Shown one piece after another: positions 62,511-64,000 of a DNA stretch of 64,000 bases (positions are counted from its first letter, which is position 1; each line of letters opens with the position of its first letter). Position numbers and translations under genes: made by a program. The notes under the pieces were generated by a model. That model searched no databases, was not told the origin of the DNA, and saw nothing but the letters and a program-made list of their open reading frames with translations. Origin of the DNA: Candidatus Latescibacterota bacterium (GTDB lineage: Bacteria > Latescibacterota > UBA2968 > UBA8231); contig CBDFJF010000002.1 of the NCBI GenBank assembly GCA_965248265.1, positions 1,536,001 through 1,600,000 on the forward strand. Direction: 5' to 3'.

Positions 62511-63373
62511 ATGATAGAAGGATGCCCATTGCGAGCCCGTTCTCACCACCGACGGCTTTACCCAGCGCGAGCTCTCCTGACGATAGTCTTCGCATTCACG
62601 TTACCTATTTCTGCTGCGGCTCAACGGAATGTGAGCACAGCGCGAGGCCTGACCGCTGATCCAAACGCTCCGAACTTCGCATTTGAGCAGCGTGGCAGTG
62701 TTCGTGCAAGGTTCGCGATTCTAATTCCCGTAGTTGCCCACGACACATCGGGCCCGTTCATATCCCTGTTCCCACTCGTAGAACTGCACGATGGTCGAAA
62801 CTCGGATGTCCTCCCGGTGAAGTCGCTCCCGAACGAGTTCTGGCGGGGACGGTTCGGTGTTGAGGTAGGATGGCAGGTTCGCTTGCCAACAGCCCGTTCC
62901 CCGACGTTGCGAGTTGCAGTCGGGGCCGAGCACGAAAGCGATCACAAGAGCTACGATGTCGAATACTACGAGCGCAATCTCAATGATTACTTCTTGCGTG
63001 CTGACCTGTTTTGGCCATTGCAGCGAGGCTTTGTCTCGGGGGCGCTTATCGAACGTTTCCACTCGAATACGCACACTCGGGTGTGTGCTGGCGATCGGCA
63101 CAGTTTTGAACAAGCAGTAGAGTTCACGGCGAGTCTCCAACCCTGGACGTCAGACCGCTTTGCCCTGTTCGCCAGCGTTTTTGCTTCCCGGCTATTCGAA
63201 GCTGATTGCATTGCCAATGAGGCTAGTCTGGTGACGAAGGCAGGGTTCAGCAATGTCTCGCGACACGGCGTGTGGCAGCTGTACTTGTCGATACAAAAGG
63301 GGATGTTGGCCAGAACCCGGGCTGGACTGCAACAAGGGGGGGGCTGGGGTTGGCGTGGAGTCCTATGCTCTAA
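62511..63373 (+). CDS. Hypothetical exported, probably beta-barrel protein; 3' end uncertain
   Basis: Signal peptide ending ISAAA and alternating beta strands (HESDH motif). The listed ORF runs into the next gene, whereas the -1 frame after AAAAGGGG ends in a barrel-like GGLGLAWSPML* at 63373. Confidence 0.45.
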
Positions 63374-63420
63374 CACTTATTTCGCTGGCGGTGATCGGCA
63401 AGGCACACGGAAGGAAAGCC

Positions 63421-64000
63421 ATGGATGTTCTCGAACGATACGTAGCAATCGACAACAAATGCGCCTGGCCGAATCTCACCCTCATGCCGGACGGCAGCAT
63501 CATTGCCGCCGTCTTTGGCGAGCCCTGTCACCTGTTGTGGGAAGGTGCGGCGGAATGCTGGCGCAGCCAGGATGGTGGCAGAAGTTGGTCGTTCTTGAGT
63601 GTGCCGGTTCCCAACGAGAAGGGAACTAACAGAGGCAACCTGGCTGTGGGTCTGACACACTCAGGTGCGTTGGTCGCCGTGTGCAGCGGTCGAGACAACG
63701 TCAGCCCGAAGGGAGTGCGGCCTGATCCCGACGACGACGAGGGCAGTCTCGTACTGGCGCCCATCGTATCAAGGTCGGAAGACGGCGGCACCACCTGGGC
63801 CCCCGAAAACCAGTTGTTTGCCCCTGTAACCGGTGAGGTAAAACCGTATGGCGACATTGTCAGGCTGCCGGAAGGTCGGCTGGCTGTTTCATGCTATTCG
63901 TCGACGGACGAATTCGCGGTCGACGAAAGCGGTGATAGCGCCTGGATCTATTTCAGCGATGATGACGGGCGAACCTGGGGTGATGCCCGGCTCATCGGCG
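63421..64000 (+). CDS. Sialidase-like Asp-box (BNR) protein, truncated by the window edge
   Basis: AAGGA RBS, ATG 63421 (MDVLERYVAIDNKCAWPNLTLMPDG). Asp boxes SQDGGRSW, SEDGGTTW, SDDDGRTW. Missing from the ORF track because there is no stop in the window. Confidence 0.85.
   Translation, partial: MDVLERYVAIDNKCAWPNLTLMPDGSIIAAVFGEPCHLLWEGAAECWRSQDGGRSWSFLSVPVPNEKGTNRGNLAVGLTHSGALVAVCSGRDNVSPKGVRPDPDDDEGSLVLAPIVSRSEDGGTTWAPENQLFAPVTGEVKPYGDIVRLPEGRLAVSCYSSTDEFAVDESGDSAWIYFSDDDGRTWGDARLIG

Overview
High-GC bacterial chromosomal window with no rRNA, tRNA, CRISPR array or intact mobile element that I can recognise. It opens with a signal-transduction cluster: a stand-alone HBM-type sensor, a YfiR-like fragment and three membrane histidine kinases. 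The rest is dominated by catabolic paralog expansions: nine PhyH-like Fe(II)/2-oxoglutarate dioxygenases, five signal-peptide-less beta-propeller GH32/GH43-like proteins, two Asp-box sialidase-like proteins and two DapA-like aldolases, plus uxuA, GH113 and a GHL10-like protein. ppc, uup, a VapBC pair, a TonB-dependent receptor and TPR proteins are also present. This content and a C-terminal EF-hand/dockerin-like 'DFFxFxxxFG' repeat suggest (inference only) a marine Latescibacterota-like or related uncultured lineage. Best hidden signals: (1) a DUF3179 lipoprotein split by an in-frame UGA at the conserved Cys with a SECIS-like hairpin directly downstream, i.e. a probable selenoprotein with a UxxV rather than CxxC site; (2) a PhyH paralog with a halogenase-type HxG iron motif; (3) an (R)-selective amine transaminase; (4) a GalB-like PIG-L protein; (5) a His-less Hpt-like module shared by two kinases; (6) many intergenic spaces filled by internally collapsed gene remnants. 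All family calls come from motif recognition by eye; no database search was run.
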